Below are positions 1-11,805 of a stretch of DNA of 64,000 bases, piece by piece; position 1 is the stretch's first letter, and every line of letters starts with the position of its first letter. Position numbers and translations under genes: made by a program. The notes below the pieces were generated by a model. That model made no database searches. It saw nothing but the letters and a program-made list of their open reading frames with translations, and was not told the origin of the DNA. The DNA comes from Octopus vulgaris. Lineage: Eukaryota. The stretch is from contig OX597817.1 of assembly GCA_951406725.2 (NCBI GenBank), positions 143,902,001 to 143,966,000 of the forward strand. The letters are read 5' to 3'.

Positions 1-190
1 TAAGGGTATTCCGAAAGGCCTGGCTGGAGGCTCAACGTTCCGAGTTCTTTTACAGGGCTTAGTAAAAACTGAAGGACCACTGCAATGAGTGTGTGAATCT
101 GAGGGGGGAACATGTTGAATAAAATCATAATTAACTGATTATCTTCTATTTTCTTTAGAACAAAACCAGGAACTTTTTAGCACCTCCTTG
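1..190. mobile_element. Mariner-derived MITE, right part (cut by window edge)
   Basis: Ends in TIR ...CCAGGAACTTTTTAGCACCTCCTTG followed by TA; inverted homologue of the complete copy at 43282-43503; retains a mariner C-terminus-like remnant (HCNECVNLRGEHVE*). Confidence 0.8.
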
Positions 191-207
191 TATATATATA
201 TATATAT

Positions 208-457
208 GTGCCGGTGGCACATAAAATACACCAATCCGACAGTGGCCGTTGCCAGCCTCGCCTGGCACCTGCGCAGGTGGCACGTAAAAAGCACCCACTA
301 CACTCACGGAGTGGTTGGCGTTAGGAAGGGCATCCAGCTGTAGAAACATTGCCAGATAAGACTGGAGCCTGGTGCAGCCTTCTGGCTTCCCAGATCCCCG
401 GTCGAACCGTCCAACCCATGCTAGCATGGAGAACGGACGTTAAACGATGATGATGAT
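208..457 (+). mobile_element. RTE-clade LINE 3' UTR (5'-truncated; family C)
   Basis: GGTTGGCGTTAGGAAGGGCATCCAGCTGTAGAAAC...CCATGCTAGCATGG...GTTAAACGATGATGATG tail; the same UTR follows an RTE ORF end at 9287-9933. Confidence 0.8.
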
Positions 458-468
458 ATATATATATA

Positions 469-880
469 TACAAAATTAAGAGGAATGACCACTAAAGTGG
501 ACTCCTAATATGCTAAATATAAATGTCAAATCACCATTACCACAAAGGGTGTCTTCTCAAGAAAAAATTTCAGAAAAATGCCAAAATGTAAAAATAAGCA
601 AAACAAATGAAAATATACAAAATAAAAAACATATTTCATATATTTTCATTTGTTTTGCTTATTTTTACATTTTGGCATTTTGCTGAAATTTTTTCTTAAG
701 AACACACTCTTTGTGGTAATGGTGATTTGACATCTATATTTAGCATATTACGAGTCCACTTTAGTGGTCATTCCTCTTGATTTTGTATGTAATATGATTT
801 TAAATCTTCGGATTTTTTAAGATATGCTAAGCCACTGGTTTTAATTGATTAATATCAATTTCTATCCTCATTATTTAATT
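469..880 (+). mobile_element. Fold-back AT-rich element (inverted arms 469-617 / 639-787 plus unpaired terminal extension)
   Basis: Arms ~149 bp with 7 mismatches by eye; homologous to 62630-62996 (GAGG(A/G)ATGACCACTA..GGAC motif and terminal segment); embedded in (TA)n. Confidence 0.75.
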
Positions 881-920
881 TATATATATATATAGGAGTG
901 ACTGTGTGGTAAGTAGCTTA

Positions 921-1235
921 TCCCATGACTTATTCTTTGTAAGCCTAGTACTTATTCTCTCAGTCTCTTTTGCCAAACTGCTAAGTAACAGGGACGTAAA
1001 CACACCAGCATCGGTTGTCAAGCGATGGGGGGGAGGACAGACACAGATACAAACATACACACACACATATACAATGGGCTTCTTTCAGTTTCCATCTACC
1101 AAATCCACTCACAAGGCTTTGGTCAGCCCGAGGCTATAGTAGAAGACACTTGCCCAAGGTGCTACACAGTGGGACTGAACCCGGAACCATGTGATTGGTA
1201 AGCAAGCTACTTACCACATAGCCACTCCTGCACCT
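921..1235 (-). mobile_element. tRNA-derived SINE family A (tail truncated)
   Basis: Reverse complement of the family A head and body (GGTAAGTAGCTTGCTTACCAA..., GGGTTCAGTCCC, ACCTTGGGCAAGT). Confidence 0.85.
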
Positions 1236-1344
1236 ATATGTAAAATATTTTATACAGTATAAATTTTTGAAATTTTTTAGGGGTGTACATGCTTATGTAA
1301 GATACTATATATGTACATACGTATGTATGTATGTAAGAAGGTTG

Positions 1345-1578
1345 TTGCACTCATAACTAGATCATGAGTTTAGTTCCCAGACTGAGCAGCATGTTGTGTT
1401 CTTGAGCAAAGCACATTTCCCGTTGTTCCAGTCCCCCTTTCAATCAGGGGGGAGTATGTTGGCCTGCTCACCTAGCCAGCAGGTTGGTGTCATTTGAAGG
1501 ATAAAACAATGCAAAGCGTATTGTGACCAGTGATGTGTAACAACATCTGATAATCTGGTTGGTCACATGATCACATGC
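1345..1578 (+). mobile_element. Degenerate tRNA-headed SINE (family E)
   Basis: B-box-like GAGTTTAGTTCCC, TGTGTTCTTGAGCAA, tail TTGGCCTGCTCACCTAGCCAGC...CACATGATCACATG; tail recurs inverted at ~56315-56411. Confidence 0.55.
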
Positions 1579-1725
1579 TATACATGTATGTGTATGTATG
1601 TATGTGTGTCTGTTCCCCACCAATACCCGACAATCAGTGTTGGTGTGTTTACATTCCTGTAACTTAGCAGTTCAGCTAAAGAAACTGATAGAATAAGTAC
1701 TAGTCTTAAAAAAAATATTTCGATT

Positions 1726-2130
1726 GGCGCAGGAGTGGCTGTGTGGTAAGTAGCTTGCTTATGAACTTATGGTTCTGGGTTCATTCCCACTGCGTGGTAC
1801 CTTGGGCAAGTGTCTTCTACTATAGCCTCAGGCCAATCAAAGCCTTGTGAGTGGATTTGGTAGACGGAAACTGAAAGAAGCCTATCGTATATATGTGTGT
1901 GTGTGTGTGTATATGTTTGTGTGTCTGTGTTTGTCCCCCCCCCCCCCCGTCCAACATCACTTGACAATCAATGCTGGTGTGTTTATGTCCTTGTAACTTA
2001 GCAGTTCGGCAAAAGAGACCGACAGAATAAGTACTAGGCTTACAAAGAATAAGTCCTGGGTTTGATTTGGTTGACTAAAGGTGGTGCTCCAGCATGGCCA
2101 CAGTCAAATGACTGAAACAAGTAAAAAAAG
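1726..2130 (+). mobile_element. tRNA-derived SINE family A, full length
   Basis: Head GGCGCAGGAGTGGCTGTGTGGTAAG (A box), GGGTTCATTCCC (B box), CORE-like ACCTTGGGCAAGT, internal (TG)n, tail ...GACTGAAACAAGTAAAA; more than 12 copies in window. Confidence 0.9.
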
Positions 2131-2624
2131 CAAGAGTATTTGACTAAAAATTCTGCATGGTGTTACCCCAGCATGGCCACAGTCTAATGACCGAAATAAA
2201 TAAAAAAAATAAAAGATGAAAGATACATATAGTCTTTTAAAAGGCAACCATTGTTTCATGTAGCAAATTTCATGTGGCAAAACATTTGTTGGAGAATGCC
2301 CAACATGTTGTTTTGATATATTGATGTGGTAACTAACAGGGTTTCTGTCTAAGTAACCGTTAAGTAGGGTTAATGACATCTATTTAGGATTGATTAATAT
2401 ATGAAAATTGATTGCTTTCATTATTCTCACCATCACCATAAATTTTCATTACAAACCCCGCCACCACCACCACTGCCACCACACACACCATTAGTTTCTG
2501 CCGCTGCCATCGACATTGTGTTTAATAACCATCACAATCACATCCACCACCATCATTGATTTTTCAACATCACAACTACCACCACCATCCCCATCATTTT
2601 CACAATAAATAGCATTCTCATGTG

Positions 2625-3060
2625 TGTTCACCACCACTACCACTTCTACGACTACTACCACCACCACCACCCACCCACCCACCCACCACTACTATCATCA
2701 TCATCAGTTATAACCATCACGGCTATTACTTTCACTGTCACAATTATGACCACCACCACTACTACTACCACTACTGCTACTACTACCACCACCACTACTG
2801 CTACCACTACCACCACCACTACCACCACCATTACTACCACCACCACTACTACTACCACCACCACCACCACTACTACCACTACCACCACTACTACTACTAC
2901 TACTACCACCACACCACCACTACTACTACTACCACCACCACCACCACTACTACTACCACCACCACTACTACTACCACCACCACCACTACTACCACCACCA
3001 CCACTACTACTACCACTACCACAACCACCACCACTACTACTACCACCACCGCTGCTGCCA
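2625..3060. repeat. (CAC/TAC)n trinucleotide microsatellite
   Basis: Direct reading; explains poly-T/H/P/V ORFs. Confidence 0.95.
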
Positions 3061-3242
3061 CTTTCACCAATCATTGTTGTTGCTGTTATAGTGAGAAATG
3101 ATGATGTGGGAGAGAGTCTGCAACCGAGAATGAGTCTCCAACCCAGTTTAGAAATCAAAATATAAATAACCACATCCAAACATTGCTGGAGGACTCAGCC
3201 ATTATTTGCCATTCCACGGCATTTCAGCCTCTTAAATACTAC

Positions 3243-3585
3243 ATCATCATCATCATCGTTTAACGTCCGTTTTCCATGCTAGCATGGGTTGGACAGTTCG
3301 ACTGGGGTCTGGGAAGCCAGGAGGCTGCACCAGGCTCCAGTCTGATCTGGCAGTGTTTCTACAGCTGGATGCCCTTCCTAACGCCAACCACTCCGTGAGT
3401 GTAGTGGGTGCTTTTTACGTGCCACCGGCACAGGTGCCAGGCGAGGCTGGCAACGGCCAAGATTGGTTGGTGCTTTTTACGTGCCACCGGCACTGAAGTC
3501 AGTGAAGGTGGCGCTGGCATCGGCCACATTCGGATGGTGCATTTTATGTGCCACTGGCACAGGGATCATAACTACAATTTCCAAT
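3243..3585 (-). mobile_element. RTE LINE 3' UTR (family C)
   Basis: (CAT)n tail at left, conserved family C body. Confidence 0.8.
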
Positions 3586-3755
3586 ATGTATATTCCACAG
3601 GTGCAGGCAGAGCCATTGAGGAGAAGTAATTTTCTGTGCAACAGAGGCAGGTGTGGCTGTTTGGTCAAGAAGTTTGTTTCCCAGCCACATGACTCTTGGT
3701 TCAATCTCACTGGATGATACCTCGGGCAAGAGCCTTCTACTGTGACCCCGAGCTA

Positions 3756-3969
3756 TTCTTTTCTATTCTAGGCACAAGGCCCAAAATTTTAGAGGAGGAT
3801 TCCAGTTGATTAGATCGACCCCAGTACGCAACTGGAACTTAATTTATTGACCCAGTAAGGATGAAAGGCAAAGTTGACCTCGGCGGAATTTGAACTCAGA
3901 ATGTAAAGCCAGACGAAATACTGCTAAGCATTTCGCCCAGCGTGCTAACATTTCTGCCAGCTCGCCACC
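3756..3969 (-). mobile_element. tRNA-derived SINE family B (B1 tail)
   Basis: Head GGCGAGCTGGCAGAAA, B box GAGTTCAAATTCC, GCCTTTCATCCTT...GGGTC..TAAATTAAG body; duplicated GTGACCC(C/T)GAGC flanks resemble a TSD. Confidence 0.85.
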
Positions 3970-4089
3970 ATCAGTGTGACCCTGAGCCATTATTATCATT
4001 ATTACCCAGGTATCACCACCACAGAGGAAAGAACAATAAACAAATACAGGAGCTTGACCATCTGCTGTCAGTTTGTGCTGGTCAGTGTC

Positions 4090-4456
4090 GAGACCTCAGG
4101 TGTTTTCAGACCCTGCCCTGCTGATTTCCTCCACAAAACCAAGATAACTAGGGTCCATCTAAGAGTCAAACCCTGTAAGGTGGGATGGCTGTTGCAGTGA
4201 GTATCGCTGGCCATTCTCCAGGTCGACACCTTTGAAATTATATCCAGGAGGTGTGGCTAAACATGCCATTTGTTCTGGGGTATACAACCTATTGCCCCCT
4301 TCCCCACCATCATCTGCTGCTTACCCCTTCCTCTTTTTTTCCTTTTTCTTTATTTCCTTGGTGAAGTAGCTATGTGGTTTTTACTCAATTTTTTTACTCA
4401 ATAATTTGATCTTTTTTACTTCTGTTTTCTTCCTGTAAAATACATTGTTAATAAAA
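4090..4456 (+). mobile_element. 3' end of an unclassified LINE-like repeat (possibly L1/Tx1)
   Basis: Homologous to the reverse complement of ~25520-25840 (GATTTCCTCCACAAAAC, TTGTTCTGGGGTATACAAC, TTCCTTGGTGA); pyrimidine-rich tract ending near AATAAA. Class is inference. Confidence 0.5.
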
Positions 4457-4472
4457 CATCAGATTCAGAGAT

Positions 4473-4855
4473 GGTTGGCACTCCATCAGTTACAATGACG
4501 AAGGTTCCAGTTGATCCGATGGACGGAACAACCTGTTTGTGAAATTAACATCCAAGTGGCTGAGCACTCCACAGACACGTGTACCCTTAACGTAGTTTTC
4601 GGGAGATACAGCATGACACAGAGTGTGACAAGGTTGGCCTTTTGAAATACAGGTACAACAGAAACAGGAAGAAAGACTGAGAGAAAGTTGTGGTGAAAGA
4701 GTACAGCAGGGTTCACCACCAACCCCTTGCCGGAGCCTCGTGGAACTTTAGGTGTTTTTGCTCAATAAACACTCACAACGCCCGGTCTGGGAATCGAAAC
4801 CGCGATCCTACGACCGTGAGTACGCTGCCCGAACCACTGGGCCATTGTGCCTCCA
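4473..4855 (-). mobile_element. tRNA-derived SINE family F, full length, 13-bp TSD
   Basis: TSD CAGATTCAGAGAT at 4460-4472 and 4856-4868; tRNA-like head TGGCCCAGTGG...GGTTTCGATTCCC; tail ...GTAACTGATGGAGTGCCA. Confidence 0.9.
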
Positions 4856-5720
4856 CAGATTCAGAGATATATTGGTTCTAAAGATAAGGTTAGACAAGAT
4901 GGTTGCAGGGCCAGTCAGATGTCCTACTCTTTAAATACTGAATATTGAGAATTTTTTTCTTTATTCTGTTCCTTCTGCTGTATTTTACAATACAAAAAGA
5001 GTAATAACATCGTTCATCTTGGGTGAACACAAACAACAACAGCCACAACTAATAGTTCAGGAGCTGAAACACGCATTATCGTGCTTCATCTTTGATACAA
5101 CTGAAAAAATATATTGATCACTAATTGATTGGGAGGCCATAATGGGGACCAATTAATTTGGTTCAATAAATTTCCTTTTGAGATGAGAATATTATCATCA
5201 TCATCATCATCTGTATCATCAGCTGAGTCGGAGTTGAGGTATATTTTTTTTTATTGCTGTTTAGCCCTAGGTCAACCTGATTAAGTCAACCTATGATCAA
5301 ATCTATTCCAGCCATGACAGTCCTGTTCTTTCACTGTTACTGTTGTTTAACCCCAGCCCAGCACAGATTAAGTCAACCTATGATCAAAACCATTCCAGCA
5401 ATTATTCTAGTCTGTTAAGGCTCTGCTTGTTTTATCAATGGCATCAAGATGTTGGTCTGTCTGATATTTGAACCCTATTGTAGTTAGCTGGGTCTTGAAA
5501 GGAAAAGAAAAAAAAAAGAAATTTCTCACCACAAAGAGGCCAATGTGAAGAGGAAGAATTTGAACCAAGAATCCAAAGAGCAACAAGGAACAAAAGAAAT
5601 TCTATTTGATGCTTTACCAATCCCTCCAATCCACTACCATGAACTGGTGTTGTATTTATCAACATGCTAGCATGGAAGGTAGACATTAAATGATGATTAT
5701 TATTATTATTATTATTTTTA

Positions 5721-5935
5721 AGGCGGCAAGCTGGAAGAGTCGTTAGTACGCTAGGCAAAATGCTTCAAGGCATTTCGTCTGTCTTTACATTCTGAGTTCA
5801 AATTCCGCTGAGGTCGACTTTGCTGTTTATCCTCCAGGGTCGATAAAAATAAGTACTGGTGCAACACTGAGGTTGATGTAATCGACACATTCCCTCCTCC
5901 AAAATGGCTGCCCTTGTGGAAAAACTTGAAACCAT
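5721..5935 (+). mobile_element. SINE family B
   Basis: Family B head, B box and body; follows (TTA)n. Confidence 0.85.
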
Positions 5936-5939
5936 TGTC

Positions 5940-6260
5940 AAGGCCAATGACAGTACCTCCTGATTGGCACCCATGCTGGTGGCATGTAAAAAGTACCATT
6001 CGAGTGTGGTTGATGCCAGTGCCGCCTGACTGGTCACATGCCAGTGGCATGTTAAAAGCACCATTTGAGCATGATCATTGCCAGTTCCACCTGACTGGCT
6101 CCTGTGATGGTGGCACATAAAAAGCACCATTCGAGCATGACCATTGCCAGTTCCACCTGACTGGTCCTGTGCTGGTGGTATGTAAAAAGCACCATTCGAG
6201 CATGGTCGATGCCAGTGTCAGCTGACTGCTCCTGTGCCAGTGGAACACAAAAAGCACCTG
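5940..6260 (+). repeat. ~65-bp tandem repeat from the RTE 3' UTR (5 units)
   Basis: AAAAG(C/T)ACC at ~5989, 6054, 6120, 6186, 6249. Confidence 0.8.
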
Positions 6261-7187
6261 TCAGTGCCGCCTGGCAATGTAATCAACTTAACTGCCCCCA
6301 CCGGCTGAACTTGCTGGCTTTGTGCCAAAATTTGAAATCATTATTATTATTATTATTATTATTATTAGATTGTCTGTCATTGTTGATGATGACCTAGGAC
6401 ATCACATGGGAGAAGAAGACTGAGTACAGTGTGTCCAACTGTGGCCAACCAATCTGATGCATGCTTGGAAGGCTCTTCTGCAGGTTGGGCACTGGTGGTC
6501 TACATGAATTAAAAGCAGGGATTTGGCTTTGGATTTGCATAGCTCACATCTTCTGCAATCCAGTTCTATTCATAGGAGGTGGCACCATTGTTGGTGCATC
6601 TTCACCAGGCAGGGCAGTCTTGTGCTTGCCATATTTATTAATACTAAAAGGCTGAAAGACAAAGATGGCCTTAGTTGGATTTGAACTCAAAGTACAAAAT
6701 GTCAGAACAAATACCACAAAGTATTTAGTCCAATGCTCCATAAGCCCCTGCCAACTCTCTGCTTCCCCCCACCCACTCTTTTTAGATAATTATCATCAAA
6801 TGGCTTTCTTACAGATTTGAATCTGGTAACAAGTTTGTATTGATATACATCACCGCTCAGTGCTGCCGTCTTGTATTGTGCTGAATAGCACAACCAGTCA
6901 TTGAATGATGACAGGAATATCATAAGAGGGACCTTTCTCTCATGTCAGTTTGCAGCATACTGTGTATATATAAGCAAATACATATATACAATGGGCTTCT
7001 TTCAGATTCCATCTAACCAAATTCATTCACAAGGTTTTTTGTTGGCTTAGAGTTATAACAGAAAACTCAAGATGCCATGCTGTGGGACTGAACCCAAAAC
7101 CACATGGTTGGGAAGCCAACTTCATAACCACACAACCATGCCCATGGCACATCTGTATATTTATGTATATATGTATATTTATGTGTA

Positions 7188-7537
7188 AACAACTTATAAA
7201 TAAGGGAAAAGAAAGAAATTCCTGTGCCAAATATGCTGAGAAATAGACTTTAAATCATCAATAACCACATATAATTCATCACTAAAAGCAGTAATAACAG
7301 AATCATCATCATCGTTTAGCGTCCGCTTTCCATGCTTTCTGTCAGCTTGTTTCGAGATGCATGCTTTTAGTGATGATTTATTGACGATTTAAAGTGTATT
7401 TCTCAGCATATTTGGCATAGGAATTTTTTTCCTTTTGCCCTTATTTATAAAGTTGTTTATAATTTTCTCCTTAAAAAGTATTTTTTAAATATGCTGGCCA
7501 CTGATAAAATTTTTTTGAAAATTTTATCCTATATTAG
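7188..7537 (+). mobile_element. Fold-back element with 17-bp TSD
   Basis: Inverted arms ~7187-7290 / 7362-7459; TSD ATGTATATTTATGTGTA at 7171-7187 and 7538-7554; terminal motif ATATGCTGGCCACTG resembles ATATGCTAAGCCACTG at ~822-837. Confidence 0.75.
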
Positions 7538-8097
7538 ATGTATATTTATGTGTAGTTTATTTAGGGGGAAAGCAGAGCCATGGCCCCTTCTCAAAGCATG
7601 AGGTTTTTTGGGGGGAGCGAGGGAGGGAGAAATGTATCCTCAAACTAAATCTGGCCTGTATACTTACAAGAGGAAACCCCTAGTTCCACTAAAGGCAACA
7701 AGGAGGGTGGAGGGAACAGATTTAAACAGGACTATTATCCTATATGTCCAAGAGGACAGCAAGCTGACAGATTTATTAGCACGCTGAGTGAAATGCCTAG
7801 TGGTATTTCATCTGCTGTTATGTTCTGAGTTCAAATTCCACCACAGTCGACTTTGCCTTTCATCCTTTCGGGGTTGATTGAATAAGTACCAGTTACTTTG
7901 GGGTCGATGTAATCAACTTAATCCTTTTGTTTGTCTCCTCTATGTCTAGCCCCCTGTGGGCAATAAAGAAATAAATATGTCTTTCCCTTTCATACAAGAG
8001 TAAGATATGATATGAGGATTATTTGGCTGCTACTTTTAGAAAATCAAACGATTCCATGAAAGCTTTTTGTTCTCCTTTTGGAGTTGACACCCACTAA

Positions 8098-8493
8098 TCT
8101 CTCTCTATATATAAAGCTGAAGTTGTCTGTGTATGGCAGGTTTGGTAGCCTTCAACTTACACTATCTCCTCCGAGACCCTGTGGCGCAAGTTGACCAAAA
8201 TTGAGAGTATGATAGAAGAAGGCTTTCTCTTCCTTCCGTAGAAGAAAAAATTCAAATCGGACCATGATAACACCAAAAATTATTTACATAAAAAAGGTGC
8301 TTTTTTTTTCTATGAAAATCCCTATTTTTTACGATTTTTTTACTTCTGTGTTGCCATTTTTCGGTGTATTTCAACCAGAAAAATGTCCACTTAAAAAGAA
8401 TAAAAAGCTACATAATGCAAAATTTTTACTTTTCAAAAATTCCAATTCTAAAGAGTCGAAACAAACCCGAGCAATGCCGGGTGATATTGCTAG
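8098..8493 (+). mobile_element. Non-autonomous Helitron
   Basis: Starts TC after A, ends CTAG before T, subterminal hairpin CCCGAGCAATGCCGGG (8466-8481); termini shared with 53118-53505. Confidence 0.85.
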
Positions 8494-9286
8494 TATTGAA
8501 TAAAGACAATGTCACATAATGGAGTGGAATGAAATGACAGAATGATAGAATACCAGATTCTATTAACTTCATTCTGCTTTCTCTGTAAATTTATGACCTT
8601 GTACAGATACAACAGATCAATATTTAACACGAATATCCACCCAACTATCAGAAACACATCTCTCATTCTTGCTCTCTCCCTCTCTCAATAACTATAAGCT
8701 TCCACTGAAATGAAATGACTGTATCTCTATACAAGATTGCAATCATGTCATAGATGATTAATTTATTAATGTTTAATTGTTGTAGCTGTCGCTGGCCCTT
8801 GGTTTTCCCTGACAGACCTATAATCAACAAAGGCATTCAAGCCGTAACCATCAGCTGGAACACTTTTAATCATAGGTAACAATTTATTTCTTTTATCTTT
8901 TAATTGCTTCAGTCATTTAGACTGTGGCCATGCTAGAGCACCACCCTGAAGAAATTTAGCTCAAAGAATCAACTCCAGTACTTATTCTATTGTTCTTCTT
9001 TTGCTGAACTGCTAAGCTACAGAGATGTAAACAAACCAGCACCAGTTGTCAAGTGGGACACACACACACATATAAAAGGTTTCTTTCAGTTTTCCATCTA
9101 TCATATCCAACCACAAGGCTTTGGTTAGCCTGAGGCAATAGCACAAAATTCTACCAGGACACCTAATGAAAACTGGAGAGTAAACCAGCCGAAATGTTAT
9201 GATAACAACAAACAAGATGAGGACACATATCCATCCAATGTAAGTAATGTAAATAATGTACAGAATTCCTCACTTCTAAAATATAG

Positions 9287-9933
9287 AATGCCACTCCCAA
9301 ACAGTAGAAGGAATCTAGGGTAGAGGGAGACCCAGGAAGACATGAGATAAGGTGGTGTAGCATGACCTTTGAACGTTGGCCCTCACAGAAGCAATGACAA
9401 AAGACTGAGACCTCTGGAGATATGCTGTGACTGAGAAGACCTGGCAAATAAAGTGAGTTCACAGCTGTAACCTACACCAGTATCACATAAGCAGCCCATT
9501 CAAAAGTACCTTGGATCATAGGGTCACATGTCGTGCTTGAGGAGACCTATTGAGTCAAGTACATCAAAATCAAATCACAATCAAATGGAAATTGTAGTTG
9601 TGGTCCCCATGCTGGTGGCACATAAAAGCACCATCTAAACGTGGCTGATGCCAGCGCAGCCTTGACTGGCTTCCATGCTGGTGGCAAGTAAAAAGCACCA
9701 TCTGATTGTGGTTGATGCCAGCCCCCTCTGGCCCCTATGCCAGTGACACGTAAAAAAGCACCCACTATACTCTTGGAGTGGTTGGCGTTAGGAACAGCAT
9801 CCAGCTGTAGAAACACTGCCAGATCAGACTGGAGCCTGGTGCAGCCATCTGGTTCACCAATCCTCAGTCAAATCGTCCAACCCATGCTAGCATGGAAAGC
9901 AGACGTTAAATGATGATGATGATGATGATGACT
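9287..9933 (+). mobile_element. RTE LINE: decayed ORF C-terminus plus 3' UTR
   Basis: Translates TVEGI*GRGRPRKT*DKVV*HDL*TLALTEAMTKD*DLWRYAVTEK (RTE GRP..W..D motif) and runs directly into the family C UTR with (GAT)n tail. Confidence 0.85.
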
Positions 9934-10009
9934 ACCAAGAATTTGAAAGGTTTATAAGAAGAAAATCTGTAGAGAGACACACTTAAAAACAAACTAGTGT
10001 GAATATGTA

Positions 10010-10404
10010 GGTACAGGAGTGGCTGTGTGGTAAGTAGTTTGTTTACCAACCACATGGTTCCGGGTTCAGTACCACTGCATGACACCTTGGGCAAGTGTCT
10101 TCTACTATAGCCTTGGGTTGACCAAAGCCTTGTGAGTGGATTTGGTAGATGGAAACTGAAAGAAGCTTGTTGTATATATGTATATATATATATATATATG
10201 TGTTTGTGTGTCTGTGTTTGTCCCCCCAACATCACTTGATAACCAATGCTGGTGTATTTGCATCCCCGTAACTTAGTGGTTCAGCAAAAGAGACTGATAG
10301 AATAAGTACTTGGCTTACAAAGAATAAATCTTGGGGTTGATTTGCTCAACTAAAAGTGGTGCTCCAGCATGGCCACAGTCAAATGACTGAAACAAGTAAA
10401 AGAG
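10010..10404 (+). mobile_element. SINE family A, full length
   Basis: Complete head-to-tail match to family A. Confidence 0.9.
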
Positions 10405-10932
10405 TATGTCAGTTAAGTTAGCATTAATGCATTTAATTAAGGGAGTGTCAGAATATATAGAGAAATTGTGCGTTGAAGGTGAAAAAAACCCCATTACTCA
10501 TTAACGTAATTTCAGAACTTACTGGCTCAATTAACAGGTGGAGCTATTTCACTTCATTTATCTGGCTAATGAGCTTTGAGTTGTTAGGCAGGCACATCAC
10601 ACAATTATATTTCAACCCCTTTGTAGATATTTGTTTCTAATGATGCAATTCTATATAAAGAAACAAAAAATCAATATTTGGTGTAAATCATATCAGACCC
10701 CTTGATACTGAAATAATATAAAGCCTATAATCTCTTGAGAACATTTTGGTAAATATAATAATATCAGTTCCAGTGTTGTACTTGTTTGACAAGTCCACAG
10801 ATCGGAGATCATGCGTAAAAAAATTAAAACAATTAGCAGAGGTAGTGTTGCCATTAAAAATAGACATAAACCCTGATATATTCACTTTTACTCTATTATT
10901 ATTATTATTATTATTATTGTTGTTGTTGTTAA

Positions 10933-11730
10933 GGTGGTGAGCTGGCAGAATCATTAGCAGGCTGGACGAAATGCTATAGCAGTATTTCGCTAGTCACTAT
11001 GTTCTGAGTTCAAATTCCACCGAGGTCAACTTTGCCTTTAATCCTTTCGGGATTGATAAATTAAGTACCAGTTGTGTACTGGGGTCGATTTAATCGACTG
11101 GCCTCCCTCCCACCAAATTTCCAGGCTTTGTGCCTAGAGTGGAAAGAATTATTATTATTATTATTATTAAGGTGATGAGCTGGCAGAATCGTTAGCATGC
11201 TAGATGAAATGCTTGGCAGTATTTCACCCACTGCTATGTTCTGAGTTCAGATTCTGCTGAGGTCTCAACTTAGCCTTTCACCCTCTTGGAATCCTCATGG
11301 CAAAAATTTGAAATAATAATAATTATTATTATTATTATTAAGATGGAGAGCTGGCAGATTTGTTAGCATACTGGACAAAATACAAAATGTTCTGAGTTCA
11401 AATTCTGCTGAGGTCAACTTCGCCTTTCTTCCTTTTGGGTGGGGGGATAAAATAAGTACCAGTTGTGCACGGGGGGTTACTGACTTACCCACTCCCTGCT
11501 ACTACTTATCAAAACAGTGGGCTGGCAGAATTGTTACCATGCTGAATAAAATGTTTTGCAGCACTCTTTTCAGCTTTACATTCCGAGTTCAAATTCTGTC
11601 AAGGTTGACTTTCCATTTCATTCCTGGGGGGGGGGGGGTACACGAATCAAGCACTGATGTCGAGGTAATCAACTAGCCTGCCCTCCCCCTCCCCTCAAAT
11701 GGCTGGCCCCATGCCAAAATTTGACACCAA
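10933..11730 (+). mobile_element. Array of four co-oriented SINE B copies
   Basis: Heads at ~10933, 11170, 11342, 11518; the first three are preceded by (TTA)n. Confidence 0.8.
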
Positions 11731-11805
11731 TGTTTTTGCCTTACATTTATGACCTGGTCGCTGACACTACTTTGAAAATTTGATATCAAATTCTTTTATT
11801 GCACC

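Noticed and set aside
155-427. Recurrent peptide FLQLDALPNANHS suggesting a gene family
   Set aside because: Antisense translation of the multicopy RTE 3' UTR.
2620-3179. 159-181 aa ORFs rich in T/H/P/V
   Set aside because: Translations of a trinucleotide microsatellite, open on both strands.
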